Assembly: GCA_016930935.1 (NCBI GenBank)
Contig: JAFGFT010000019.1
Coordinates: 5,664-69,663, forward strand
Origin: Dehalococcoidia bacterium
GTDB lineage: Bacteria > Chloroflexota > Dehalococcoidia > GIF9 > AB-539-J10
DNA length: 64,000 bases
Direction: 5' to 3'
The notes below the pieces were generated by a model. The model had not been told where the DNA came from and ran no database searches. It worked only from the letters and a program-made list of their open reading frames with translations. Each line of letters starts with the position of its first letter. The first letter of the stretch is position 1. Below, in pieces: positions 28,640 to 39,032 of this stretch. The position numbers were made by a program, and so were the translations under genes.

Positions 28640-29554
28640 ATGGAACCTTATGCTTTCTTCAAGGGCGAATACATGCCCCTCAAAGATGCCAAGATAGGGA
28701 TCCTCACACAAGCACTGCACTACGGAACCGCAACGTTCGGTGGCATCAGAGCCAACTGGGATGAGGAAAAGCAGCAGTTCTGCCTGTTCAGGGTCTGGGA
28801 CCACTACCACAGACAGCTTAACGCCTGCAAGATTCTCAACATCCACCTGCCATACGATGAGAACGACATGGCGAAACACACGGTCGAGGTCGTGAAACGC
28901 ACAGGTTTCAAGCAGAACGTCTACTGCCGGCCATTGGCCTACAAGTCTTCCGAGGCCATCGGCGTGAAGCTGCATGACATCGATGACGATTGGTTCGTTC
29001 TCGCGACTACACTGCCCCCCTACCTCGGCGAAGGTGGCATCAAGTGCTGCACATCTTCATGGAGAAGGGTCAGTGACACCCAGATTTCCACTCATGGAAA
29101 GGTGACAGGCATCTATGTAAACAGTGCTCTCGCCAAGACCGATGCGAATCGCGCAGGCTTCCAGGAAGCCATCATGCTGAATGAGGCAGGTCACGTATCC
29201 GAGGGAACCGGCGAGAACATCTTCGTTGTCATCAAGGGACAACTTGTGACTCCTCCTCCCTGCGACAGCATTCTGCTCGGAATCACACGGGACACGGTCA
29301 TGCAGCTCGCAAAGAATGAACTCGGCATGGAAACCGTCGAGCGCGCCATAGTCCGAAGCGAGCTCTACATTGCTGACGAGGCATTCTTCACCGGTACCGC
29401 AACCAACGTTGCGCCTATCAGCGAAGTTGACAACAGGCCCATCGGCACCGGTGAGACCGGCCCGATTACCGCCAAACTTCAGAAGCTATTCATGGAGGTC
29501 GCACTGGGCCGGAATCCCAGGTATTCCGAGTGGTACACCATTCTGAAGCCCTAG
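28640..29554 (+). CDS. ilvE: Branched-chain amino acid aminotransferase (copy 1)
   Basis: ALHYG, YVNSALAK, EGTGENIF, LLGITR, FFTGTA. Confidence 0.93.
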   Translation: MEPYAFFKGEYMPLKDAKIGILTQALHYGTATFGGIRANWDEEKQQFCLFRVWDHYHRQLNACKILNIHLPYDENDMAKHTVEVVKRTGFKQNVYCRPLAYKSSEAIGVKLHDIDDDWFVLATTLPPYLGEGGIKCCTSSWRRVSDTQISTHGKVTGIYVNSALAKTDANRAGFQEAIMLNEAGHVSEGTGENIFVVIKGQLVTPPPCDSILLGITRDTVMQLAKNELGMETVERAIVRSELYIADEAFFTGTATNVAPISEVDNRPIGTGETGPITAKLQKLFMEVALGRNPRYSEWYTILKP

Positions 29555-29689
29555 CAGGCAAAACGGAGAGCTACGTGGAGCACGATGGCGATAGCGAGCC
29601 AAAGTGCTGATGGAGAAGACTCGCCTTCAGACAGGTTGAAGCCAACGTGAAGTGCGACTTGCACACTCGTTCGATGTGAAGGATTGACG

Positions 29690-29782
29690 ATGACAATGAG
29701 TCGCGTCCTGAGTATGGCAACAATCGTGGCTATGATGCGCACCATGTGTGCGCACGGGAGGCTATTGCCGAAGAAGGGCTGA
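29690..29782 (+). CDS. Attenuator leader peptide, Met-rich (MTMSRVLSMATIVAMMRTMCAHGRLLPKKG)
   Basis: Homologous to the 28342 leader; GGGAGGCT antiterminator segment; downstream terminator. Confidence 0.72.
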   Translation: MTMSRVLSMATIVAMMRTMCAHGRLLPKKG

Positions 29783-29810
29783 CAGAAGTCAGACTGACAG
29801 AAAGCGAAAG

Positions 29811-29843
29811 GAAGCCTCCCTCCAGGGAGGCTTCTTCTTGTTT
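29811..29843 (+). terminator. Attenuator terminator upstream of ilvE2
   Basis: GAAGCCTCCC-TCCA-GGGAGGCTTC-TTCTTGTTT. Confidence 0.8.
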
Positions 29844-29915
29844 CAGGCACTGTCACGACACCCACACGTGAAGTAACAGACGTCGATGAAAGTATCGCTC
29901 AAGGAGGAACACGAG

Positions 29916-30833
29916 ATGGCCGAACCCTATGCCTATTTCAAAGGAGAGTACGTACCCGCGAAGGATGCCAATATTAACATCCTTACCCAGGCATTCCACT
30001 ATGGCACCGCAGTCTTCGGAGGTATCAAGGCCAACTGGGATGAGGAGAAGCAGCAGTTCTGCCTCTTCAGGATGAAGGACCACTACCTTCGGCAGTTGAA
30101 CGCATGCAAGATGCTGAACATGCACCTCCCGCTGAACGCGCAGGACATGGCGGACATCACGGTGGAGGCCGTCAGGCGCACTGGCTTCCGAGAAACCGTG
30201 TACTGCAGGCCTCTCGCGTACAAGTCCTCACCGTTTGCCGGCGTCAAGCTTCACGGTTCTGAGGATGACTGGTTCGTCATCGCCACCGTGCTACCCCCCT
30301 TCTCCAGTACCGGCGGCATCAGATGTTGCACCTCCTCCTGGACGAGGACCAGCGACCACCAGATTCCCACGCACGGCAAAGTGAGCGGCATGTATGTGAA
30401 CAGCGCGCTCGCCAACACCGAGGCATATCAGAACAATTTCGATGACGCCATCATGCTCACGCAGGCCGGACACGTCTCCGAGGGAAGTGTCACGAACGTA
30501 TTCGTCGTCATCAAGGGACAACTCATCACTCCTCCTCCCAGCGACAGTATTCTGCTCGGCATCACCAGGGATACGGTTATGCAACTCGCGAAGGACGAAC
30601 TTGGGCTTGAGACGGTCGAGCGCAGTATCGTGAGAAGCGAACTCTACCTGGCAGATGAGGTGTTCTTCTCAGGCACGTACGCGGACGTCGTTCCTGTCAT
30701 CGAGATTGACAGAAGGACCGTCGGAACCGGGGAGCCAGGGCCTCTGGCAAGCAAACTCAGAGAGATGTTCAGGGACGTTGTGCGGGGCAGAAATCCCAAC
30801 TACCCGGAATGGTACACGTTCATGAAACCCTGA
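29916..30833 (+). CDS. ilvE: Branched-chain amino acid aminotransferase paralog (copy 2)
   Basis: Colinear with copy 1; AFHYG, EGSVTNVF, LLGITR, FSGTYA; AAGGAGG RBS. Confidence 0.88.
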   Translation: MAEPYAYFKGEYVPAKDANINILTQAFHYGTAVFGGIKANWDEEKQQFCLFRMKDHYLRQLNACKMLNMHLPLNAQDMADITVEAVRRTGFRETVYCRPLAYKSSPFAGVKLHGSEDDWFVIATVLPPFSSTGGIRCCTSSWTRTSDHQIPTHGKVSGMYVNSALANTEAYQNNFDDAIMLTQAGHVSEGSVTNVFVVIKGQLITPPPSDSILLGITRDTVMQLAKDELGLETVERSIVRSELYLADEVFFSGTYADVVPVIEIDRRTVGTGEPGPLASKLREMFRDVVRGRNPNYPEWYTFMKP

Positions 30834-30879
30834 CTGGTACGCCTGTGGAGAGGAGAGAGCAGCCAGGGGTCCTCACACT

Positions 30880-31428
30880 TCAGCGCAGAGAGCGGAGAAG
30901 ACAGAGGACTTTGCAGCTCTGCTCCAGAATACTTGTGAGGTAGTAGGCTTCCTCAAGAAGCTCGGCAATGGCGAAGCTGCCATGGCCCTTCACCAGGACG
31001 ACTCTGGAGTCGCCGAAGGCCTCGGCAATCTCTTCACACAACTCCCCGGGGCCGGAGAGGTAGTCCTGCCCGATGATAGGCACGCGCGGCAACGTGATGC
31101 GCCCTTCGATGTCGGAGGGTACGAGTTCCTTCTCAAGGAAGGTGAGGGCTACCGCATGGCTGGGATGGGCATGAACGATTGCGTGAGCAGAGGTCTTGCG
31201 GTAAATTGCCCTGTGAACGGGGAGTTCGCTTGAACAGAGCGGGGTGCTCCTGGTATTTCTATTGACGCTCGTCTCGACAACATCCACCCGCCCCAGGCTG
31301 CCAAGTGGAGAACCACGGTGGGTAATATGAAGCGCATCGCCCTGGCGAACACTGAGATTGCCGCCATGCGAAGAGACAAGCCCTTCTTCAAAAAGAGACC
31401 GACCGACTTTCTCGAACTGAGAAAACAC
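30880..31428 (-). CDS. Class II aldolase/adducin-family protein
   Basis: GGNLS, SSELPVH, VHAHP, KGHG. Confidence 0.88.
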   Translation of the reverse strand: MFSQFEKVGRSLFEEGLVSSHGGNLSVRQGDALHITHRGSPLGSLGRVDVVETSVNRNTRSTPLCSSELPVHRAIYRKTSAHAIVHAHPSHAVALTFLEKELVPSDIEGRITLPRVPIIGQDYLSGPGELCEEIAEAFGDSRVVLVKGHGSFAIAELLEEAYYLTSILEQSCKVLCLLRSLR

Positions 31429-31515
31429 CAGTCTTCACCTCCTCTCAACGGGCTTAATCACGCCACAGGACGACACCTGCGTAGCAGAGAGTGACCTTTG
31501 CGGTACTGTTTCGCG

Positions 31516-31797
31516 CTATTTCTCTTCGCTTGTGGAAGAGAGTGCATTCACATGCCGGGTCAGACGGGACTTGAGCCTCGCCACCTTGTTCCTGTGAAAC
31601 ACGCCCTTCTTGCCCGCTCTGTCCAGGGTCACTATCGCGTTTGCCACAGAACTCTGCGCCTGTTCAACATCACCCGACGCAACGCTCTGCCTGGCATTCT
31701 TGAGTATGGTGCGCGTCTTGCTGCGAACGTCACGGTTGTACAGACGCTTCTTCTCCTGAACGCGAGCAGTCCTATCTGCTGACTTGCTCTTTGACAA
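31516..31797 (-). CDS. rpsT: 30S ribosomal protein S20
   Basis: KSA.R..R...KRLYN, LDRAGKKGVFHRNKVARLKSRL. Confidence 0.93.
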   Translation of the reverse strand: MSKSKSADRTARVQEKKRLYNRDVRSKTRTILKNARQSVASGDVEQAQSSVANAIVTLDRAGKKGVFHRNKVARLKSRLTRHVNALSSTSEEK

Positions 31798-33949
31798 TGG
31801 TATCTCCTTTTCTCACCACATTAATGACACTCCACAGCGATTGAATCTTCGCAAGCAACTTGCTTAGCTGTGCAGTGCTCGTAACTTCCACATCTACGTT
31901 GAGGACGGCCACACCGTCCCCCGCTCGAGCGAACCCGATATCGGTGATATTCACGCCCGCTTCCGCAATGACCGCTGAGATGTCACGCACAAGGCCCATT
32001 CTCTCCCAGGAGTCTATCTGCAACTTCACAGGATAGACCTGTTCAACATTGCCCCAGTCAACAGCGACAAGGCGCTCTTTCTCCACCTCGTTGATGACGT
32101 TGGGACAGTCCTGTCGATGAACGGTTACGCCGCGACCCTGTGTAATATACCCGATTATCTCGTCACCCGGCAAGGGATTGCAGCACTGGGCCATCCTGGT
32201 ATACAAGTCACCGACGCCAAGAACCCGCACACTTCCCGAACCGGCTCTCTTGGGAGCAGACACGGGGATAGGCTTTTCAGGCACTTCGATGTCTGAACTA
32301 AGTTTGGCAGCCACCTGGGAAACCGTGATATTACCCCTGCCCATGGCAAGGTAGAAATCATCCACGCTGGGATATCCGAGTTTGGTTGCGAGCTTATCCG
32401 CTCCCGGCACCGCAATCGCCAGTCGGCTGAGGCCGCGTTCGAGCATCTGTCGACCGGTATCAATCGCCTGGCTCCTCTCCTGCTTATTGAACCACTGTCG
32501 CACCTTGCTGCGGCCATGAGAGGTCTTCACATAACCCAGTTCGGGATTCAGCCAATCCATACTGGGGCCCCTCTCCGTCTTGGACGACATGATGGAAATC
32601 ACGTCGCCATTCTTGAGAGCCTGATTGAGCTGAACGAGCTTCCCGTTGACCTTCGCGCCGATGCAGCGATAGCCGAGGTCGGAGTGGATGCGGAAAGCGA
32701 AGTCGAGCGGAGTGGCTCCCGCGGGCAGGTCCACAATCTCACCTTTCGGTGTGTAGACGAACACCTGGTCGGTGAGCACGTCGGTCTTCAATGACTCGAC
32801 GAACTCCTCACTATCAATCTCGTCGCGCCGTTCAGAGAGGTCCTGCAGCCATGCCATGCGACCGTCCATGGTACGGTCGGGCTTACTGCCCTCCTTGTAA
32901 TGCCAGTGGGCGGCAACACCAAAGGCAGCCACCTGGTTCATCTCGTGCGTACGTATCTGTACCTCGATGGGCGTGGTTCCCTTGCAGAGAACGGTGGTGT
33001 GGAGAGACTGGTATCCGTTCTCCTTGGGATTGGCGATGTAGTCGTTGAACTCCTCAATCATCGGATGCCAGAAATTGTGAATCACTCCGAGGGCCTTGTA
33101 GCAGTCAGACACCGTGTCCACGAGCACCCGCAGCGCGAACAGGTCATGGATATCACCAAAGGTCTTGCCCATTTCGGCGTAGCGCGCGGCTTTCAGATAC
33201 GTGCTGTAGATGTGCTTCGGGCGGCCAAGAACACGGGCCTTGATATCTGCACGGTTCAACTCCTCGCTGAGGGCTACCATTGCCTCGTCGACGAAGTCTT
33301 CACGCTGGGCACGATTCGTGGCAATAAGCCGGGTGAATCGACGGTACTGTTTCGGCTCAAGATAACGAAACGCAAGATCCTCAAGCTGCCATTTCATGCG
33401 GCGAAGGCCGAGCCGGTGCGCCAGCGGCGCATACACGTCGAGCGTCTGCCGGGCTATGGCTCTTCGCTTCGCCAGAGGAAGCGCGCCCAGTGTGCGCATG
33501 TTGTGGTGCCGGTCTGCCAGCTTCACAAGCACCACCCGGAGGTCGTCAGCAGTCGCCATGAGCAACTTGCGAAGATTCTCTGCCTGGAGCTTGGACTCTA
33601 TCTCCTGTTCCTCGGTGCGGATGGACAGACGCCTCAGCTTGGTCACCCCGTCCACGAGTTTCGCCACATCAGGGCCGAACTGCGCCTCAATCTCAGACAG
33701 TTGGACGTCACAGTCCTCCACCACGTCATGCAGCAGCGCCGCAGCGATGGTGGCGGGGTCAAGCTGTAACTCAATGAGAGTCAGCGCAACGTTAAGAGGG
33801 TGGTCCAGATAGGGCTCTCCGGAGGCACGCAGTTGCCCTTCGTGAGCCCTGGCCGCGAAATCGTACGCCGACCGGATGAACTCCAGTTTCTCCTCAGGCA
33901 GGTACTTTCTCGCTTCCGAGAGGACGTTCTCAACATCCATTGTCCGCAT
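31772..33949 (-). CDS. relA: Bifunctional (p)ppGpp synthetase/hydrolase (long RSH)
   Basis: HEGQLRASGEPY, LLHDVVED, GRPKH, YQSLHTT, TGS and ACT domains. Confidence 0.95.
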   Translation of the reverse strand: MRTMDVENVLSEARKYLPEEKLEFIRSAYDFAARAHEGQLRASGEPYLDHPLNVALTLIELQLDPATIAAALLHDVVEDCDVQLSEIEAQFGPDVAKLVDGVTKLRRLSIRTEEQEIESKLQAENLRKLLMATADDLRVVLVKLADRHHNMRTLGALPLAKRRAIARQTLDVYAPLAHRLGLRRMKWQLEDLAFRYLEPKQYRRFTRLIATNRAQREDFVDEAMVALSEELNRADIKARVLGRPKHIYSTYLKAARYAEMGKTFGDIHDLFALRVLVDTVSDCYKALGVIHNFWHPMIEEFNDYIANPKENGYQSLHTTVLCKGTTPIEVQIRTHEMNQVAAFGVAAHWHYKEGSKPDRTMDGRMAWLQDLSERRDEIDSEEFVESLKTDVLTDQVFVYTPKGEIVDLPAGATPLDFAFRIHSDLGYRCIGAKVNGKLVQLNQALKNGDVISIMSSKTERGPSMDWLNPELGYVKTSHGRSKVRQWFNKQERSQAIDTGRQMLERGLSRLAIAVPGADKLATKLGYPSVDDFYLAMGRGNITVSQVAAKLSSDIEVPEKPIPVSAPKRAGSGSVRVLGVGDLYTRMAQCCNPLPGDEIIGYITQGRGVTVHRQDCPNVINEVEKERLVAVDWGNVEQVYPVKLQIDSWERMGLVRDISAVIAEAGVNITDIGFARAGDGVAVLNVDVEVTSTAQLSKLLAKIQSLWSVINVVRKGDTIVKEQVSR

Positions 33950-34130
33950 GGTAACGCAGCTACGTCAGCCACGCAAACCAACGCGTTTCACGCAGGAACG
34001 AGGACTCTTTCACTTCATGGGAAATCGGTCTTCAGGAGGCTTCTCCACAGCCCTGTAGCGCACCGGAGCATGATAGTCTTCCCGTGGTTCGCACGCATAG
34101 TGCGCGGGCGCAAAGGAGTGGCACAACGTG

Positions 34131-34751
34131 ATGATGGAGGAATTTGACCGACAGCTTCGTGGACTCGTAGACAGGGGATATCCGGGCGCTGCAGCCATGT
34201 CTCTGCAATAGTTCCTTCAACACGTGGAGCCACTCAGGGACAAGGTATGGAAACTCAATCCGTCTTTGGAGCAGGATGATGGACGTCTCCCGTTTGTGCT
34301 GGTCATCAAAGGAGACGTGGTGTCGGTTGAACGGGCCATGGCGCTGGTTTCACGTGAAGACAAGGCAGGCTATGTTGGCCTCAGTCCGGTTACGCCTAAC
34401 CATTTCAAACCCATCGAGACAGTTCACGTACCCGACGGGATGGCCTACCTGCTGGTGGACATCGACCGCGGCAAAGATACGCTGAATGCGACGCCGGAGC
34501 AGGCTCTGAAGTCAGTTGGGGAACAGGGCAGAACTCCGCTCACCATAGATGAGGGCATCGCTATCCTCACTCACTTCCCGGACTTTCTCAAGAAGAACAA
34601 CTGCTTCTGGCTGGCCGCATCGCGTGGCACTGACCGCCGGGTTCCGGCACTCTGGATAAGCGCAGGCAGACCCAGGCTCGGCTGGTGCTGGGCGGGTGCA
34701 CCGCATACTTGGCTCGGCATGGCCTCCTGCGTCCAGCGTGTTGGTGCGTGA
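34131..34751 (+). pseudogene. DUF5701-like protein interrupted by an in-frame TAG at 34209-34211
   Basis: AAGGAG RBS, MMEEFDRQLRGLVDRGYPGAAAMSLQ*FLQHVEPLR, in frame with RTPLTIDEG...RVPALWIS..RPRLGWCWAGAPHTWLGMASC. Confidence 0.65.
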
Positions 34752-34917
34752 AGCCCCACATGTACAAAGGTGAGCCGGAGCACTTTCGATAGGCAAAACT
34801 CTTCAGTCCGAAGAATCATGGTTCGGCAAAAACTGCCAACAATCCCCCCATGCCGATTTCAGGCTCCGGTACAATCCGCGCTACACTCCCGGGAATTGAC
34901 TGGAAACCGGGGCAACA

Positions 34918-36015
34918 ATGAACAAACGAACAGGTGTAGTGATTGCTTTCTTCGCTTTGATGATGATGGCGCTTCCATCATGCGCGGATAATAGACTGGA
35001 CGAGCCACTCGTGTCGGCCGATAGCGTTGATGAGGGTTTGCAGACTGCCACCTTTGCCGGAGGATGCTTCTGGTGCATGCAGCCACCCTATGACCTGCTG
35101 GACGGCGTGGTGGAAGTCGTGGCGGGGTACACCGGTGGCGACGTGGAGAACCCGACCTATCAGGATGTCCTCATGGGAGACTCCGGCCACTATGAGGCCA
35201 TACAGGTTACTTACGACCCGACAGAAGTGAGCTACGAGCAGCTGCTTGATGTCTTCTGGCGACAGATAGACCCCACTGACGCAGGAGGTCAGTTCGCGGA
35301 CCGGGGGTCACAGTACATGACCGTCATCTTCTATCATGATGAATCGCAGAAGGAACTGGCCGAGAAATCCAGACTCGATTTGGAGAATTCCGGCAAGTTC
35401 AACGCACCGATAGCAACCCAGATACTCCCCGCCACAACATTCTACCTAGCTGAGGAATACCACCAGGACTACTACTTGAAGAACCCGTCCTACTATGACT
35501 CCTACAAATGGGGGTCGGGTAGAGGGGGCTTTCTGGAATGGACGTGGAAGGAACAGGTGAGCGCCTATGACGACTTTCAGAAGCCCTCTGAGGAGGAGTT
35601 GAGAGAGTCGCTGACCCCCTTGCAGTACAGGGTTACACAGGAGAACGCAACTGAACCCTTCTTCGATAACGAGTACTGGGACAACAAGGCAGAAGGCATC
35701 TACGTTGACCTTGTCTCAGGCGAACCCCTCTTCAGTTCCACGGACAAGTATGATTCCGGCACCGGGTGGCCCAGCTTCATCAGGCCCATTGATCCCATCT
35801 ACATGGTGGAGGTAGAGGACAGAAGCTACCTGGGAATGCCCCGCATCGAGGTGAGGAGCAAGTACGCCGATTCTCACCTCGGGCACGTGTTTGATGATGG
35901 CCCGGAGCCAACGGGTCTGCGCTACTGCATCAATTCCGCTGCCCTGCGGTTCATTCCAAAGGACACGATGGCAGAAGAGGGCTACGGGGAATATGAGTCC
36001 CTCTTCGATGAATAG
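34918..36015 (+). CDS. msrAB: Exported fused peptide methionine sulfoxide reductase MsrA-MsrB
   Basis: Lipoprotein-like signal; [14 protein letters not shown]; [27 protein letters not shown]. Confidence 0.95.
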   Translation: MNKRTGVVIAFFALMMMALPSCADNRLDEPLVSADSVDEGLQTATFAGGCFWCMQPPYDLLDGVVEVVAGYTGGDVENPTYQDVLMGDSGHYEAIQVTYDPTEVSYEQLLDVFWRQIDPTDAGGQFADRGSQYMTVIFYHDESQKELAEKSRLDLENSGKFNAPIATQILPATTFYLAEEYHQDYYLKNPSYYDSYKWGSGRGGFLEWTWKEQVSAYDDFQKPSEEELRESLTPLQYRVTQENATEPFFDNEYWDNKAEGIYVDLVSGEPLFSSTDKYDSGTGWPSFIRPIDPIYMVEVEDRSYLGMPRIEVRSKYADSHLGHVFDDGPEPTGLRYCINSAALRFIPKDTMAEEGYGEYESLFDE

Positions 36016-36094
36016 ACTTCAGTCGGTGTGACCGTGGGCAAGCGCCGTGGTGGGAATTCCGGATTCCAGAGACACCCAGACTGAGAGGCCGTCC

Positions 36095-36108
36095 CGAACA
36101 CGTGTTCG
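36095..36108. promoter_or_regulatory. Palindrome matching the Gram-positive/Chloroflexi-type LexA box
   Basis: CGAAC-ACGT-GTTCG; lies between convergent genes. Confidence 0.35.
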
Positions 36109-36180
36109 TATTTGAGGCTCGCTATTCCGTCCGTCGAACTCCTGTCCCCAGAATCCCACACCGGTACTCTGCGACCATAT

Positions 36181-37263
36181 CTACACCAGCGTGAGAAGTC
36201 TCTTCGGATTCTCGATCATCAACGTGTCGACTTCTTGCTGGGAATAGCCGTACACGTACATCAGGGGCACGACGTCACGGACTATGTGAGCATATCCCCA
36301 GCCACCGTAGGCAGTGAGCTGCATCTTCATGCCAATGTCATGTGACATCAGAATCTGTGTCAGGTAGCCACGCCCAATAAGGTCACGCATCTCCTTGATT
36401 CGGCCCACGTCATTGGGCGTGTCCGGCAGATGACCTTCAGCCAGAGCGACCCTGGCGGGGTAGTAGCCTTCAAAGCCAAACAGGTCATACTCGACAAAAC
36501 AGCCTGCGTCGAGGAGCCTCAGCCTTGTGTCGAGAGCATAGCCGCACCTGTCCATGTGGCTCATCACAACACGGGAAAGGTCAGCACCGGCCCGCTGGAG
36601 AACGTCGATGATTTCCAGGGGTGCTTCATCATTCCGTCCGGGATGCACGTTGATTGAGGCACCGCTCTGCTGCTGTGCGAGTGCGGCAGCCTCAAGAACC
36701 TTCTTCTCGTTGGGTTTCAACGGCCACGTGCAACCAAGCTCCCCGATGATTCCAGACTTGATACGGGTCTGGTCCACGCCCACCGTCATATCCTGCACAA
36801 TCCTGGATGCGAAATCCTCAACGTCCATCGAGTCTCGCTCCTCTTGTGTAGAAGGACCGTCAACGTAGAATCCACATCCCATGACGATATTGAGGCCTGT
36901 GGCTCTCGAAATGCGGAGGAGCGCCCCCGGGTCTCGGCCAATACCAATGTTCGTCTGGTCGACAATGGTGCCACCACCCCGTAGATAGAACAGGGACGCT
37001 TCCCGTGCCGCCAGGTGCTCATCCAGCAAGAACTGATTGTCATAGTTGTCCTTCATATGGCGGCGCACCCACCACAGGTTCTCCAGGCAGACGGGTTGAT
37101 GTGCCAGAATCCGGTCGCTCGCACCTTCCGGTTCAACAAAGTAGACGCCCCCAACTGTCTGGTCAATCAGCAAGTGTTCGTGGGGAAGGGTTATTCCCAG
37201 AGATTCAGGGCTGACAATCCCCTGGACCGTCTGCACATAGCCGGCATTGGGCGAAATTCCCAT
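36181..37263 (-). CDS. Phosphotriesterase-family amidohydrolase (PHP/PLL-like)
   Basis: LGITLPHEHL, IGRD, GIIGELG, SHMDR, SHDI. Confidence 0.9.
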   Translation of the reverse strand: MGISPNAGYVQTVQGIVSPESLGITLPHEHLLIDQTVGGVYFVEPEGASDRILAHQPVCLENLWWVRRHMKDNYDNQFLLDEHLAAREASLFYLRGGGTIVDQTNIGIGRDPGALLRISRATGLNIVMGCGFYVDGPSTQEERDSMDVEDFASRIVQDMTVGVDQTRIKSGIIGELGCTWPLKPNEKKVLEAAALAQQQSGASINVHPGRNDEAPLEIIDVLQRAGADLSRVVMSHMDRCGYALDTRLRLLDAGCFVEYDLFGFEGYYPARVALAEGHLPDTPNDVGRIKEMRDLIGRGYLTQILMSHDIGMKMQLTAYGGWGYAHIVRDVVPLMYVYGYSQQEVDTLMIENPKRLLTLV

Positions 37264-37713
37264 TGGCTCTGTCCTCCTCTATCTTGATTCTACGTAGCAA
37301 CAACCATTCTCATTGCCGGAGAAGACATTGAGTAGACAACCTGGGGTCTCGGTCAACGAGGTATGAATCCCCTCAAGCCTCCTGCCGTAGGACTGCGTCA
37401 AACGTACTCATTTCGAAGAGTATCAACATCAATTCATAGTGGTGGAGACACATTACGGAATTCGATAAGCTTCCGCCATAGGCGCTCGGCAAGAAGCCCG
37501 GATTGAACCTGACAGAGCCGACTTTCTGTGACACTCCCGAATCTTGGAAACGATGTCGCGATTGTCTCGTCGTGGCAGGTGTCAGGGTAATCTGGTAGCA
37601 TCGAAGATGGGTAGAGAGGAGAACCACGCATAGCGTTCTTTGCCCCCGAACGGGATGCTGGCTCGCGTTATTGTGAGCCAAGAGAACGATACAGCCGGTA
37701 CAAGGAGGGTGCC

Positions 37714-37947
37714 ATGACACAACTCGACCCCAGTGTTCAGATTCGCTTGATCGACGCCACGCTCGACCTTCTGGGTACTCATGCCCGCCTCAGAGACGAA
37801 GGGCACGCCAAGAAATACCTTCTCAGTTTCAGGTACGTGTACTGCGGTCTTTCAGCAGCTGTGGCGAAGGGAGAGTTACGTGCTGAAGGCGAACCTGAAG
37901 AGTGCTTCGAGAAGCTTCCGCAGGTCCGTTCACGCCTACAGGGGTGA
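37714..37947 (+). CDS. Hypothetical protein
   Basis: AGGAGG RBS and ATG; no recognised motif. Confidence 0.4.
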   Translation: MTQLDPSVQIRLIDATLDLLGTHARLRDEGHAKKYLLSFRYVYCGLSAAVAKGELRAEGEPEECFEKLPQVRSRLQG

Positions 37948-38434
37948 TTGCTGAGCCCCACGTCAGGGAACACCGCAGTTCGCATCGGTGGCTGACAGTT
38001 TGCGAAATCGGGGAGGATGCCATGCGGCGTTCACCTCGTTTTCGCCATTGGGGCAGAGTGAATGACCTGCCTCGAAGCAATCGTTGTCGATGTTTCAGTC
38101 TCCTCAAACGATTGTCCAAGGGACCGGTTCCCGCCACGATGTTGCCGCTGGCGTAGCCCTTCCCAGCTTCCTGGTGGTGTGGGGAAGATGGGAAGGAACA
38201 GGGCTACACCGGTTCTGGACACCACGCCGTACTTCCCGCAGTACGACGAAGCAATGGACGCTGCCACTCCCGAGTGGGTTGAGAAGTTGATATCAGGCTA
38301 TTTCCAGTCCTTACAGCTACTCTACGGGGACGCGATGCGTCATTCGCTCAGCGTATGTTACAACGAAGCACCCACGCAGGATGAAGGACGAGGACTGCCC
38401 TCGTCCTCACGTATTGCCGTGGTGAAACCCGGAC

Positions 38435-38953
38435 CTACTTCTGGCTTTCCTGGATATCCAGCATGAACTCAGCCGCCATACGGGCGGCCTTGCCGCAAAC
38501 CTTGCTACACAAGTCATAGGCGCCGGCCTCTACGAACTTGCGGTATTCGTCAGCATCAGCAGTGTCAAAACACCTACCCAGTCCCACCGCCCGGATATCA
38601 AAACACCGAGTGTTGCCCAATTCTCTCTCGAACTTCCGGTAATACTCGTTGCCTGCCTTCATGGAACCACGGATACCATCCATGCCCGCGTCCTCAAGCT
38701 TGCCGGGAATCGCGACCATGCCTATTCCCATCACGCCACCCAGTAGCGCAGCGCAGGTATTCCTTGTCTGTGCAATGCCACCCGAAAGAGGCAACATCCC
38801 TTTGAGCGCCACTTCTGCACATTCCTTGTCCATCAGGTCGAAATTCGCCAGCAGGGCAGAGAGTACACAGCGCCCACAGCCATGAACATCTCGCTCACAC
38901 GTTGAAGCCGCTGCCTCCACCTTGTCCAGGAGTTCGTCTCGATTCGATTGCAT
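38435..38953 (-). CDS. C-GCAxxG-C-C family putative redox protein
   Basis: GCGRCV, SGGIA..RNTCAALLGG, GNTRC, C...CG.AA; start MQSNRD with GGGAGG RBS. Confidence 0.8.
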   Translation of the reverse strand: MQSNRDELLDKVEAAASTCERDVHGCGRCVLSALLANFDLMDKECAEVALKGMLPLSGGIAQTRNTCAALLGGVMGIGMVAIPGKLEDAGMDGIRGSMKAGNEYYRKFERELGNTRCFDIRAVGLGRCFDTADADEYRKFVEAGAYDLCSKVCGKAARMAAEFMLDIQESQK

Positions 38954-39032
38954 AGATATGCTACCTCCCTCGTTACTTGATCGGACATTATAGCGGTGTG
39001 AGGTGCAGGAAGTCGCGATATGCGTATAAGAA

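Noticed and set aside
31772-31797. relA/rpsT 26-nt overlap
   Set aside because: Short same-strand overlap containing the rpsT start region; ordinary operon compaction
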